Assembly (NCBI GenBank): GCA_976226885.1 | Contig: OZ320316.1 | Span: 89,590,001 to 89,654,000, forward strand | Source of the DNA: Iphione sp. A-MEVVRFRX5 | Taxonomy: Eukaryota | Length of the DNA: 64,000 nucleotides | Direction of reading: 5' to 3' | Shown: in pieces, positions 24,956 through 37,830 of the stretch | Layout of the letters: every line of letters begins with the position of its first letter | How positions within the stretch are numbered: the stretch's first letter is position 1 | The notes under the pieces: model-generated | What the model was told of the DNA's origin: nothing | The model's database searches: none | Seen by the model: the letters and a program-made list of their open reading frames with translations, nothing else | Translations under genes and position numbers: made by a program

Positions 24956-25628
24956 GGGGCAGGTTCCATACCTGCGTTGGTATCCATGAGGTATCCTTTG
25001 GTGTCCGTGTGCATTAACATGTGTTTTACATGCGTTTTCCAATCATGCACCTCAATGAACAGTGGTGTCTATTGATGTGCATTGTGAACTGTGCATTTGT
25101 GTCTGTGAATAATGACCAACATGTTAAAAAAGGATGAAAATGATGCTAAAAGCCATGAAAACGATTGTAAAAATTATAATAAAGGACAAATATGATGCTA
25201 AAAGCTGCAAAAATGATGACAAATATGATGAAAAAGGATGAAAATGATTCTAAAAGCCACCAAAATGATCATAAAAATGATAAAAATGGACAAATATGAT
25301 TCTAAAAGCCACAAAAATTATGGAAAAAAGACGAAAAATGACAGAATTGTGTGGACATTTGCAGACGTGCAGTATTCATTTTATTTTGTCTTTTAACATA
25401 GTTTCACCTGATACAAAATCAATCTGTGGTATACTACTGTGCGTTTTGCATCCATGTGCATTAAATTATCAGTCAGGAACCATTAATGATCAATGGATAC
25501 CAAACAGATGCGAACACACACGGATGAATTTGGCACCCTCCATTAGAATCAACATGATCGATATTTATAAACAGATGCGAAATGGATGCGAACGCACGTG
25601 GATGGCAACACAGGTAAGAAAACTGGGC
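24956..25628. mobile_element. MITE-like element with degenerate TIRs and an internal minisatellite
   Basis: Left GGGGCAGGTTCCATACCTGCGTTGGTATCCATG versus right (reverse complement) GCCCAGTTTTCTTACCTGTGTTGCCATCCACG; TTAA on both flanks (24952-24955, 25629-25632). Confidence 0.5.
25125..25345. repeat. Degenerate A-rich minisatellite (AAAATGAT and ATGAT(G/T)CTAAAAGC units)
   Basis: Four ATGAT(G/T)CTAAAAGC copies and many AAAATGA(T) subunits. Confidence 0.8.
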
Positions 25629-26899
25629 TTAATTGTATAGGGTACTGGTGCCGTTTGCAGTTGGGGCCCTCTTCCCATGGTTACATTGGTGTATGTGGGT
25701 GGAGAAATATATTCTCTGCCACGGAATGGGGCCAGAAGTTGCTAAAAGGCTTAGTTCATACATCAAATATGATGGATAACGGGATTTGCAGCGTTTTTAA
25801 CTCTATAAAATAAAGATAGATGTGTATAAGTGGGTATGTGCATTCTGCAGCAACTGCAGCCGTTGAACGTACAGTGAGATATAGAACAGCCTATATACAT
25901 CTTCTCTTTAAATCACTCATTGCCGTATCAGTACAACCGTGATGTTTACCTGCTAATTGTGAAACAATCTGCTCACACCTCTTCCTTGCTCGGGCCAGGT
26001 GTATGTTATCCTGACATTAATGAGAACTCAACATTATGGTTTAGTACAGCTGAGATCTTTGCAGACCAAACTGCGACATTAGAAGTAAATCAAAGGTCCC
26101 TTGAGTAAAGATGGTTGTAACGATCAGAAATATCGCATTTTCGGTGAAAACATGTTATCCAGAAATTTCACTCATCCAGATGTTACTGTCTATGTATAAT
26201 GCAAAGCATTTTTCTACTCCCGCTTATGTCCTGGTGCAACTGAGCTACCAAAGCTCCGCAACTATACCCTGGTTATGAACAAAATAAGCTTGACTGGATA
26301 TGCTGGTCCGCTGGAAGGAATCTGAGTGTGTGTGGAGAGGGCTCATTCCTTGTCCAAGTGGAACTTCTTGGATGGATTTAGGAGGGAACAGAGGAAACTC
26401 ATTTCAACCTTACTATAAGAAATGTCAAATGGGTTAGTCTCATGTCAAAAAGATTTTCACTCACGTAAAATGGGCACTCATGCCCTTTCAAAGACAAAAC
26501 AAGTGACGCACACACTAGTGTCATAAGCACGCCAGTGACGTAAGTAGAATTAGAACATACAGTAGTGACGCACTAACCACCAGTGTCATATACCAGTGGC
26601 GTATATCAATGAAACATGCTAATTGTAGTTATCACGAGACAAACAAGCAACGATTTCACTAAATCTACACGTTATTGAAGCGATCGACATAGCAGAGGTT
26701 TCGTGGCTAAATGAAAGGACTGTTTGCTCAATGGTCAATTGTAGACTTTATGAATCTAAATCGCGTTATTGCTACAAACGAGGATGAAAAGCTTGAAGGT
26801 TTTTCCCAATATAATGGATGAATAATCATCACTCAAAGTTAATTACTAGTTTAGGTGTGAAACTCTGCCAAAACACCGTTCTCAGGTTTGGCTGTGTGT

Positions 26900-28540
26900 C
26901 AATTAACTCTCTTAAGCTGGTCCCTTTAATCATCATTAGTTTGTTGGCACCTAGATGGAATTCCACTACTTTGTGCATGGGCGATTCATATTCCCCCAAT
27001 CCTCTGTTGTCAGCCTGGGCAGAGACTCACCGATCACAAGAAGAGAACTTGGTATTTGATTCGACCGGTTGGTCCTTTACGAGAGACTGACCCACCCCGA
27101 CTGGTATGAACATAGGTTCCAGCGCAAACATAGAACACAAGCATACCGAGGGGCAAGCGGTACTCCCCCTTAGTGCGTGTACTGCCGCCACCTTGATCTT
27201 GGCACATACGCCCCAATCACGCACTTAAAACAGCATACCTTCGTCTACGCACAGTCTCCCAGGCCACTTTACGAACCGGTCGTACTACACGCTACGTGTA
27301 TATGTGCTGTACTGGCGGGCGGTCCTCCAGTCTGACCACGTGTGGCGCAATGGGAGCACACGGCCGGGACCAATCGGTTCTTGACTGGTGCCCGCCGGAA
27401 TATTGCACCCATATGGCTATGCCTTGAAATGTCACGTCGCTATGAACGGCCTATAAGCGCGTACTCGGATTATAACAACACAACCACCTTCATGGGCTGA
27501 GCGTGTTTACACGCGGATGGTCCCCCCATCCGTGCCAAGTGCAAGGTCATAGTGTGCAGGTTGCCGCTGTGGACTTGAGAATGTTTTCTTTTTAGGGAAA
27601 CTTGCATCTAAGAGCAACTCCGGATTCATCAATCTTTGAAGCATGCATCAATGGCTACCGTTGCATACTGCACTGTATGATATCATCCTGAATACAATAC
27701 GCTATGGGGGAGCATCTATCATAGAATGAACAAGAATTACGGAGGTAAGCGTAAACAATGCAGCTCTGAAAGGCGGCTTGCTCAGTAAGTCACGTCCCGG
27801 TAACGGCTTAAGTCTGCCGTGGTCAGGTGTACATGTATAGGATTTAGTCAGGCCCCTGAATGGCTAGCTATGTGTCCTGTGCCTCACATGATCAATGGGT
27901 GGCCCGGTGAACGGTGCTTAGCAGCAGAGCCATGCTAATTGGGCCCCGTGGTATCCGAAGGCATGGTCTCTGATCCTTGTTCATTACCAAGGTTTCCAGT
28001 ATTGGAAGATGCAAGAGTGTGGTAAAGACTATGCATGCTTCTTTATTGACCTCTTAATTTCATACACTCCGTGGGACACGTAAATGATTAGTGTCTTTAA
28101 AAAAAAACTCCAACCATATAATGCTCATTATGCAGATGTTCTGGGCTATTATAATGCTGGTGATAGCTATTTTCCTCGTCGAACTGTTCGTCGTTAATCA
28201 CTTCGTTGAGTTATCGGAGGAAGGGTAACTTGATCTCTGCCACTTATCAAATGTATATTACAACAAGCACGGGCATAGATTGGCTGGAAACAATTTAGGA
28301 GGGATGGATCCAATTTCCATGTATAATAAATCTATGTGAAGTGGTATATAATTTCTTTGCTACCTTTCTACATGTATCTGACTTTCCCTGGCCTGCTAGA
28401 GTGGAAACCTTGGTTGAGTACGATAAAATATTAGTTCCAACTAGTTTGGAACGTAGCCAGGTGACCCTTAATCCGGAAGGTACACTGAAATAGGTCTGTT
28501 TTGAAGGAGCAGGTAGGCCACAGCATTTAAGGCACACTGA
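26900..28540 (-). mobile_element. Degenerate DIRS/Ngaro element (RNase H, downstream domain, tyrosine recombinase traces)
   Basis: LAGQGKSDTCRKVAKKLY...GNWIHP (28295-28537; RNase H xxWIP), HYNSP (FNS), ACPSV...PMF (CPVxA...PLF) and RIGG...SSGIPS (FRIGAAT...GIP), in the expected order. Confidence 0.4.
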
Positions 28541-29059
28541 AGTCCGGCTCTCAAGCGAGCTTGGAAATGGCCTGAGGTGTTACGAAAAACATATGTGATT
28601 ACTGGGCACTAAAGCATGCACCGCACCCTGGTGGACTAGCAAGGTTCACAATGCCGAATTACCATGTAGCTGAATGTGAGATTGTGTTATAAGAAGAGAG
28701 TCACTCGGTCGAATATAAATTGAATATTCTGATCGTGGAGGTTGAAGTTCACTGACGAGAAGAGATCAGTATGCACTTCGGTGCCACTTGTACCAGTTAT
28801 CGGGGATAATTTATCATTTGCATAATGATTTCATGCCCTGATATTACACTTTTTTCTTGTTATACGTGAAGATCATGCGTGTCAAAAAGACCCCCCCATA
28901 AAGATTGTTTTATAAAATTAATGTGAGTTTACACCTCTCACGACCCAAATAATGCATTACAGCATTCGCCTAGTGGTTCTTAAAACGCACCCAAGACCGC
29001 CCGTGCTTCGTCAAAGGAAAACCTTCCTCATTGCACTATTGTCACTTTTAATATAGTAC

Positions 29060-29800
29060 AGTGCAAAGTCCGAGCTTCTTTCCGACTTGGGAGTGGTTAG
29101 TCACCGTGACGGCGGGTATGTCACAGGAAAGTCAAAGAAAACCGACCCGACCTCTCTTGGCTGTCACGGACGTGGAGCGTATCGACACCGCCCAGTCCTG
29201 GTCCCACGTAGAGGCAGCTCGCCTGGCCGCTTATGTCAGTTGAAACTCTCACCATGCCCATTATGTGTGATGAGTGTGGGTGCTAGGTGGCCTTCGGCGA
29301 CAGACGAACCCTGCGGGGAAACGCGACCAGATACAGAACTCTATTGCACATCAGCGTCAACCAGCTGTCGGCGTAATGCCAACGTCCGCAGAGCTCAAGT
29401 TCTCAAAGTTTTGTCCACGACAGTGATTGTGCCAGTGGACATATGCTAAAACTTTTTCGCCTGAAAACACAAGACGTCAGTATCTTCAGGTAATAGATGA
29501 TACTCGACTCGGTGGACCTAATGCTCACACCATGTAGAACATCGGTTTACCAATGGAACAGCCACGCCTCGTTGAATGTTTGCAACAGGATCGACGCTAA
29601 GATGCTGAGCCCTTCACTGAGTTCTCCTAGCAAAGAACCATACGCCAATGCCAGCAAGGATTACGATTCAGAGCAAATGTTGGATTCAGGAGAGCCTCTT
29701 ACCTTTGTGTTCTGGATTTATCCCAGGCCTCCCTTTATGGATTTACCCTGAAGTTCTAGCTGACATTCAACCATGGGGACAGGAGCTAGCCATTCCCGGT
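29060..29800 (+). mobile_element. Degenerate DIRS/Ngaro RNase H and downstream domain
   Basis: AQSWSHVEAA (AxGxWSxxEA), VDLM...IDA...PYAN...LTFVFWIYPRPPF (VDLFA...VDAF...YANPP...TLVxPxW). Confidence 0.4.
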
Positions 29801-29929
29801 GAGTAAATGTATTTGTAGTTGGAAAACAGTACAACCTTCTAAAAGGACCATGTAGTATCTTTGACGCAATTAAAACTGTTACACCGCATATTGTCATAAA
29901 CTTGCACTTGCACAGTAAACCCGTACTGG

Positions 29930-30345
29930 GAACCTATGATAGCCTGCCTTATGATAAGTATATAGGGATGCATGTTTCCAATCTGCACCATGAAAAAAAA
30001 ACAAAGTAGACATGTCCTTATTTGAACGTACGTATTTAAATTGGTAATCGGAATGTTGAAGATATTTAGGAAGAAAGGTTGTTGAATGCTGAAGAAAAAT
30101 CTAAAAAGTGCCAATGAATATTGCTATTATAACTTCTGCAATGCATTCAGGACAAGGAAGCGATGCCTCCGGTGTAGTTCCCTGCTAGTTTTTTATGGAC
30201 GTTGAATTGCTTCACTTGTTTTATGTAAGCATAATCAGGACTATATCTCTGGGTGTGGAAACCCTCGTCAAAGTTATTTGAAATGAGGTTATATCAATGC
30301 TCTCATTAGATGTCCCATAATAGACGTCAGGAAAAGTGCGACGAA
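29930..30345 (-). mobile_element. Rex1/Babar-like LINE RT fragment
   Basis: VALFLTSIM (30316-30342; RPVALTSxVMK) and FLDFSSAFN (30081-30107). Confidence 0.55.
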
Positions 30346-32019
30346 ACATTTAGATCAGCACTTTGCAAAAAAAATATATATCATTCACTTTTCCTGCATG
30401 ATCACCATCTCTCTATAAGAGGGTTTTAAATAATTACGTCAATAGCCCGTTTTAAATGTGTCCTTTTTCATGTCTTCGTGTGAGTAGCATTTATCTTCAG
30501 AAGGAGACTACTCTGCCGACGACGCAAACACTTAATTGCTCTCGGCTTATTGATTATATAAAGGAAACATTTCTTAGAGACCCTGACAAGCCTCGGATTT
30601 GTTTCTTCCGCAACGGTAGCCCAACCACAATAAAGCAAATTTTGTAGCTCTCGACAGCTTCCATAAAATGACGACCATCAGTACTAGAGTTGGCTGCTTC
30701 CGAGGGACGTGATGCATTACATATCTATGGCAGCAGTTCCTCTAGTAGGAGTTAAAAATACAAGAGGATTGAATGGTTTCAGAGCACTAAACGAATACAC
30801 TTATCATTATGTTGAGCACATCGTAGATTAGTTCCACGGACCACGCGAAGTGTATTGTCAAACAGCGTATACCATCTAGGTAACCTTTGCTGGCGCACAT
30901 CGCCGTACCGACCTGGCCCTCACTTTAGATCCTGAGGGCTGATTGCCACGTTTGTTCAGGTGTTCTACCAAACGTTAATGTAGCAAGTTAGCAAATAGCC
31001 ACTGCCGCTGATGTGACACCATAACGCTTCACTTACTCGCTCGGGCATTGTTATTCTGCATATTAGAAAAAAGTCACCGACTATGTATAAATATTCTGAG
31101 ATTGCATTTTTTTCTGTTTATGTTGTATATATATATTTAATTGCATGCATGCATAACTTTCCAAAACGAAAACTTACAAGAGATTGACACCTTTACTATT
31201 ACTTATCATAAGTAATATATTTGGTTCTGCACTTCCACACACACGGCCTGTGGAGTGTATCTTGCGTCTTCTGTGAACTTGTTTGGTTCATTTATGGGAT
31301 TGCAAATCGGTAATTGGAAAACCCAATTTGTTTCTTTCATCGTCACTTTTATAAAGTATACAGTACAATGGAAAAGTTTTTACCAAGTTATAATACTCAA
31401 TTATAGGACTGTATAGAATATATTTTCATCACACGTCCTTGTCAAGGCTAAGTTCTTTTTGTAATGGTTCTAATTATTTTCCGTAGGCAAGTAATACTGA
31501 CTGGTAGTTAATGATGTAAGTGAAGCTCCACAGAGGACTCTCTATGATATATATGCAATGTATATATTAATAATGGCAGCTTCATCAAATTGGTCTGAAT
31601 TATTGTTATTGAGTTGACCATTTCTTTTAAAAAAACGTGCATTTTTAAGAGAAAAACTGAGGAGAGACAGGATATACTGCGCATCCATACATATAGTCCA
31701 CTCCTGTAAACAGACCCTAGAGGCAGAGGAGGGCCAAAATTCTTTCGCAACCAATTAGGCAGGGAAAACTACACCACAGGCATACAGGAGCAGCTAGGGA
31801 CTAAAACGGGAATTAACTGGAGTTAATAGGCTATCTAGGTTTATTGCGTACAAAATGCATGTATGTATTTATGTAGCAGTATGTAGACTGTCGTGTTATG
31901 CTCATGTGTTTTCTCCCTGCTATCTGGAGATTTGTAAGGAACTGCTCACAGAGAATGAAGAGACAATATTTTGTTCCGTATTGAGCATGGAATAAGTACT
32001 GGACCACCCTACAGTGACG

Positions 32020-32930
32020 ATCTCATTAGGCAGACTTACACAAGGCGACAAGCTCCTGGGAGCTCACCCTTCAATCTTATTCCCAACAGCTTTTCAGCCT
32101 GCACTTATACATGTATATTTAAGGCGACTATCACCACATGGTAGTACTGCCTCTGTAAATTCATGTAAATATATACAAAAGTGCCTGGGTACTCCCAAAT
32201 GGCATCCAAGATTTTATGCAATGCATCCTATTACATGCTTCACAAATGTTTCTGGATGTACTATGTGGCAAAATAATTTACCTGACACCTAAATCTGTAA
32301 GAATCATGATGCTGAAATCTTTTTGGCGAAAGTTGAAAATATGTAAATTTCTGCACGAGAAATCGGTCAATCCCTGGAGGGAACTACATCTAAAGTTAAT
32401 CATACCTTGTTAATTGAAAGTTACTCGTCACAATCTTATGGTTAACTGCACACATTTTGGTGTTACCAAACAATGCTTTTCCTCTGATTCATGTTTATGG
32501 TATCCACATCTATGCTTAGCTACATAGTTCGTTTTGAACAGAGCCTCGCCACGCACGAGGTCTTGGCTGCATACAGTCAGCCTCGCTTCTCTGGATAGGG
32601 TATGTTTCTTGCAAAATGGTTCAGTTAAGAGGGAATTTCAGACAAGTAAACATGAAATAAAGAAAATGAATTATTCAGTTTTAGAGAAAGTGGTCTTATT
32701 AATTCGGGAATGTAGATATTTAGAGTTCAACTGACTGGGTTGGCATTTTCCTGAAGTATTGAAGATTACTTTACTATCGGGCAATAATGCATGATATAAC
32801 TGATAATGAAATTGAGGCAGGGGCAGAAAGGCCTGTTTAGAAATGAATATATTTCTTCGATGACGTCTTGCTTATATAGACAGAAGAGGAACAAACACTC
32901 CTAAGGTTTCTGCAAACCTCTGAGACCTTA
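32020..32930 (+). mobile_element. Degenerate LINE RT, possibly RTE-like
   Basis: LTQGD (LRQG), SAREIG (AxxIGL), VLEKV...RYL (LExVxxFxYLG), EIEA (EIxxRI). Confidence 0.3.
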
Positions 32931-33209
32931 CTGTCACCCTTGATGAGAAAAAATCAAAATGGGCAGGTACCATAGTAACCCAAAGACAGGCAAATTATTT
33001 TTCTTCATTAACCCTCATAGACATATTCAAGAGGTCACTATTCCAGCGACTATTAGAATGTTTAATGCCAGAATTCCCAGCAGAAATTCTACAAAGGCAC
33101 TAGTTAAATAACAGCTGTCATAAGGTCAATATTTTTTTTAAAGTGCAGAGTCTTCTGTCACTGAAAGTCAAATTAAGACCAATACCGCGATGTCTTAGTA
33201 TGTCACTAC

Positions 33210-33560
33210 TTTCATGCCCAGTAAACACCCACTGCAACAAATAGTGGAGGGATTAGATCCCAGCAATTCCTCACAGATGCCAAGACCTGTTCTAAGATGG
33301 AAAGAGAACCTCAGTGCTTGGTTAACTACAATATTGATACTTACAAATGTGCATTTGCCAATAGGAGATAAAGGAAAGAAAACTGAACAAGTGCCGACCA
33401 ATATGATGGGAAATTATCAACATCGAGCACCATTCCCACTTCCCATACACATATATCGTGACCATAAGAGTAATTAAATTGAGGGGATGCTTTGAGGACA
33501 CGGCATCTGTGTACAAGTCCACTCTTTCTCAGGGCATGGTTTCATGGTTGTTAGCAAGGA
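33210..33560 (+). mobile_element. Degenerate LINE RT N-terminal fragment
   Basis: LPIGDKGKK followed, after a frameshift, by KCRPI (PIxKKG...NYRPI), then a HGF trace. Confidence 0.3.
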
Positions 33561-35601
33561 AGCTAGAAAATGTTTTCTTTATTCTGTGTCACTATGCACC
33601 AAGGACAACTATGTTCTGGTAAAAGGTATAGTTGTGAAGCTATAGTTCTTTATTGTGATCTTAAGTCATTATAATGAGAACATTCCCCCCAAACTGGCCT
33701 CTTGCTGAGACCTATTGATTTTATATTAAACAAATCATTTTTTCCAGACTGTATCAATATTTCCTCACATGATTAACGTATGTTTTAATACTATATACAT
33801 TTGGCATTCAAGGCTGCAACATAACTCACGGTTGGTAACATTTACGGATATATTAGATGTGGGAAACGCTGTAACATGTCTCTTTTCATTACAGCGCCGC
33901 AATTCCCAGAGGCTATATTACCATAATCCAGCTTAGCTTTTTAGTTGTTTCTATCTACATTCTGATAATGAATTATAGACAAATATCAATATACCCAACT
34001 TTATACTCAACCATTCCCAGCAAACTGACATATCCTTACCTCAATACAATATGGTCGGTTTCATTCGTGGGGAACATGCGTGGTACCTTATGAATGACAA
34101 TGAACCCAAGATGCTCCATCTCTATTCCAAACGTCGCCAGAATAAATTGGATGAAGCAAATATAATAATAGAGGGGTTCACTTATGAAAGGTATCCAGCT
34201 CCATCTAGATAAACCTGAAGTTTACCCCCAAAATACTTGGACGGGATGCGATTCTGTATTATTCGTGCTGGGCAGCCACCTTTCCAACAATAGATACATT
34301 TCAGAGAGGTTCTTTACTCTGGTATTTTAGAAAAATATTAGGCACTTTCCGAAACGAAAAGCTTGGAAGATAAACGTGGAAATGATATGTCCGAAATAGC
34401 AGAAAAGGCCTGTGAAAACTATTGCAAATACATTTTTATGAAAATCAAATCAAAGAAATCGTTGAAGTAAAACCAAACACGCCAAAAACGTCACAGGCTT
34501 GGGATAAATTAATACGTGCTGTAACGTGTGAATTCACTCATCATGCATTTAGGAGAACTGTATACAGTGGGCATTATCCCGCCACCCATTTACAGTTTTG
34601 GGTTCTCCTGTTACTCAACAATGCTAGATCACCTTCATTGTTAGTAAGGTAGTCTGCATTGGATTTCACTATATTGTAGGTTGTAGGTGGGTTCAATAAG
34701 TGCTGGTTTCAAATCTATTTATAGGCAACACAAGGTCTTTATTTATAGTAGAATCAGTGTCATGTGACTAGCACAGGTACAACCAATAGAATTGCAGCAT
34801 GGAATGAAAGTGATTCTCTCTGATTAGACACAACCTCAATGGAATGTTTTGGAACAATAGAAAGTCAATAGTAAAATACATTGTAACTTTGATTGTCCAT
34901 GTGGCCTTCACAGTACCACAGATTTGCACCTAGTAACCTTAACTGTCCCTTATTTAGTAGAGCATAATCCCGTGTCGCCAAGGATATGCACCTAAACAAC
35001 TTCAAGAACCGTTATTTGGTAGCGGGAAAACCTGTTGTGCCACTGATATGCACCTTGACTCCTATTCAGCAGCGTGTAATCCCATTGTGCTATGGTTAAG
35101 AACCCGATGGTTCCATGGTGCCTTGCGTATTGACATGTGAGTGCAATTCCGCCTCACATCGAGGAATAACAATACAAACATAAATTCTACACTACGTGAT
35201 TTTATTTGTCCTGACGGCATTTTGGAAAACACAATACATATATACCCCTTTCCTGCAGAAAGACCTGTAGTCTTAAATGAGGACAATTTTTCAAAGAACT
35301 GCTGAAACTTTATATGCTGGACACTTCTTTTATGTAGACAATATCGATTAAAGCCAAGAATGTTCATAACTAGGGCAATTCACTGTACAATACTGACACA
35401 AGTGCATATTTCAGATGTGGCCAGTTAGTAGATCAGTGAGAAGTATATCAGTTGAGAGTGGGGGGGGGGTAAATGAATGTAAGTAAACGGCAATGATTTT
35501 TTGTTTATCCTTTAAATAAGCACAATACAACTATAAACAGGTAAGAAACATTACAGGACATGGTCGAATAAATAAATACATTAATAAAATATGTGAAATG
35601 T

Positions 35602-37293
35602 TCATTTCTTGAAGAAGCTGTGTAGTGTTGCCTGTACTGATTTTCTGGAGACAGTCTTTTGTGCATGACATTGTTGTAGTGGTTGCAGGAGTTCTAGACA
35701 GTCCAAGTCTTCTGCATGGAGGAAGTACCATCTCATCCTGAGGAACATGCCCTGGATATCCCTATCAGTTGTTTGACACTTCTCTTCCTCCTCCTGGTAG
35801 TATCCTCTGTTTCCTCTGTTTCCTCCTTCTTTGCCTCCTCTGTCATTCAATCCTCCTCATTGGTACTGTGGACGAGTAATTCATCTTCCATATTTCTGTA
35901 CTCCTGTGGAGTCATTCTTGCATCTTCACTGCAACTCTGCTGGACCTGTTTAAGGAGTGACTAGAGGGGCTCAGCATCCAGGTCTGGAGGACTGGTCACA
36001 CTCTCATCCTCCTGAGGAACTGGTCTCACTCCAGACCCGATAAAGCAGGCCTCCACTGTGAACAGATTCACAGCTGTCACTGCAGTACTCAGCTAAGACA
36101 CCACAAGCTGCATGTCTACAGTTCCTATAACTGATTTGGGATCCTGGTAATCCAGTCTGGAGACAATGTACTGTAGGAGAGGATTGGTCCAAGGGCTGCA
36201 GAATGGATGTAGCATTTGGTGGTAGGAAAACCACCTTTGAGTTACTCAACTGCAGTCCTCCAGGTTGAAATGGAGCATTATCCATCAGAAGGCAAACTTT
36301 CTTCCCTTATGCCTGCATCTTTCTGTTAAAGGTGCGTAGCCACTCCTCAAAGGGTACTTGCCATCCAAGCTTTTTTGTTTGACCTCCATGCTACAGGGAA
36401 AGATGTCAAGTCCTTGATATTTCTCCAGCATCTTGGCCTTGCTGATTTCCCTATGATGACTGGTTTCTGGAATCCTCCTGTACAGTCCACACAGAACATG
36501 GCAGTGATTCTGTCTTTGGCTTTCTTACTGGAGGAAACATCAGAACATTTCACACTCAATGTGCAATCAGGGAGGGCCCTAAGACACTATCATCCATGTT
36601 GAAAATGTCTCATGGTACATAACCTTCAAGGATGCTTGTAGACACTCCAGCCAATTCTTCACAGTTGTCTCATCTATGGAGGCATTCTCACCAACAATTT
36701 TGAAGCCCCCAATGCTGTGGCATTCCTTGAATTTCATTAACCAGCCAGTAGACTCCCTGAAATCATCCATACCAAGCTCTTTGGCAATAGACAATGCCTT
36801 CATGCATAGCATTGGACTTGAGATGGGAATGTTGAGAGAATGGACCCTAGAAAACCATGAAAAGAGTCTCTTGTCATGTTGGAAGAGGTGGTAGACAGGC
36901 ATCATCTTTTCACAGAGGGGTTAATGCATTTTTCATAGTCATTCAGGAAATCAGCTTTCCTTTTAAGAATGCTGTTGTAAGACGATGTATGGACGAATGC
37001 GCTACCACCTGGGAAAGTGACTCCCAGAGCTCCATCACTGGAGGTACCTCCCTTTTGGAACTTTGATGAACAGTCATTTTCATTGGTGGGGGTGCCTACC
37101 TGTAATATCCCATAATGTTTGTGTGCTTATTTTACTTAAGTGTTTTTAATATTGAAGGCAATTAGCGTTTGTCTTATGTTTAGCCAATATTTGACATTGG
37201 GTTAGAATTGAAAAGTTCAATTAATTTGTCAAATATTGAATTAGGTCTCACTACACTATGTTATGGGTGGTGGATTCCTGGTGGTTTCGACTG
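35602..37293 (-). mobile_element. Tigger/pogo (Tc1-mariner superfamily) transposon with disrupted transposase
   Basis: CENP-B-type HTH LFSWF...PISSPML...FRESTGWLMKFK (36579-36905); KDRITAMFCV...KPVIIGKSARPRC...SNKKAWM (36347-36559); MDNAP...FLPPNATSILQPLDQ (36004-36285); C-terminal QATLHSFFKK; TA-flanked CAGTCGAAACC terminus at 37293. The other TIR was not found. Confidence 0.9.
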
Positions 37294-37439
37294 TATTGTC
37301 TCCTCAGGCACTAGGTTTTATGGCATGTCTGTAATGGCTTATGCAGTCTGTTTGAATGGATAATATCCTGGAGTTTTAGATTATTGTGTGATGGAGTGTG
37401 GCAGGACCTGCTTATTGGGGTCCTTATTGGTCGCCATAA

Positions 37440-37676
37440 CGTTTCACTGGACACAGGCATGACATCAGACACTGTAATGACACCACAGTAGGCCGACACT
37501 TCAACACTTGCCCTGCACCCGAAGCTGCCGGCTGGAAAGGCTACAGCATATCGGTGCTAGAATTCTTCCAAACTCCTAGTACTGCTACGTATAGAGCGGA
37601 TTGCGAACGGTTAGAGCGGCGATGGATACATCGCCTCAAGACGGTTATCCCCAGTGGCCTCAACTTAATGGACTAA
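37440..37676 (+). mobile_element. Penelope-like GIY-YIG endonuclease C-terminus (uninterrupted 79 codons)
   Basis: RFTGHRHDIR...VGRHFN...ISVLE...RLERRWIHRLKTVIPSGLNLMD* matches the RFxxHR...VAxHFN...ExxWIxxLxTxxPxGLN pattern. Confidence 0.8.
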
Positions 37677-37699
37677 CCCATGAGAGACCCCCCTGAGGA

Positions 37700-37830
37700 C
37701 ATTGCTCGTGTAACCTTTTAAGAATGCTGCCGACAGGTTTTTTCCCCACTCCAAACTGTTCAGCCAACTGATGCAGACTGCAGCTTGGGATGTGCTTGAT
37801 GATTTTGACCTTCTTGTGTGTGGTCAGGTC
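37700..37830 (-). mobile_element. Second Tigger/pogo N-terminal HTH fragment
   Basis: MPKSRDLTTHKKVKIIK...SLHQLAEQFGVGKKPVGSILKR; shares CAGCATTCTTAAAAGG with the copy near 36960. Confidence 0.7.

Noticed and set aside
27334-27362. Similarity to the 5' end of tRNA-Trp (GACCACGTGTGGCGCAATGG)
   Set aside because: No anticodon arm, B-box or acceptor pairing downstream.
29253-29310. 58-nt minus-strand exon candidate with good splice sites
   Set aside because: It is antisense to the DIRS remnant, has no recognisable peptide, and such pairs are expected by chance.
29727-29798. Attractive 72-nt phase 1-1 exon (LPLWIYPEVLADIQPWGQELAIP) ending CCG|GTGAGT
   Set aside because: It lies within the DIRS-like remnant and resembles that domain; exonisation cannot be shown without RNA data.
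33950-34250. Possible minus-strand Penelope RT core (SNLFW...LE...RY)
   Set aside because: Too few residues match to call it.
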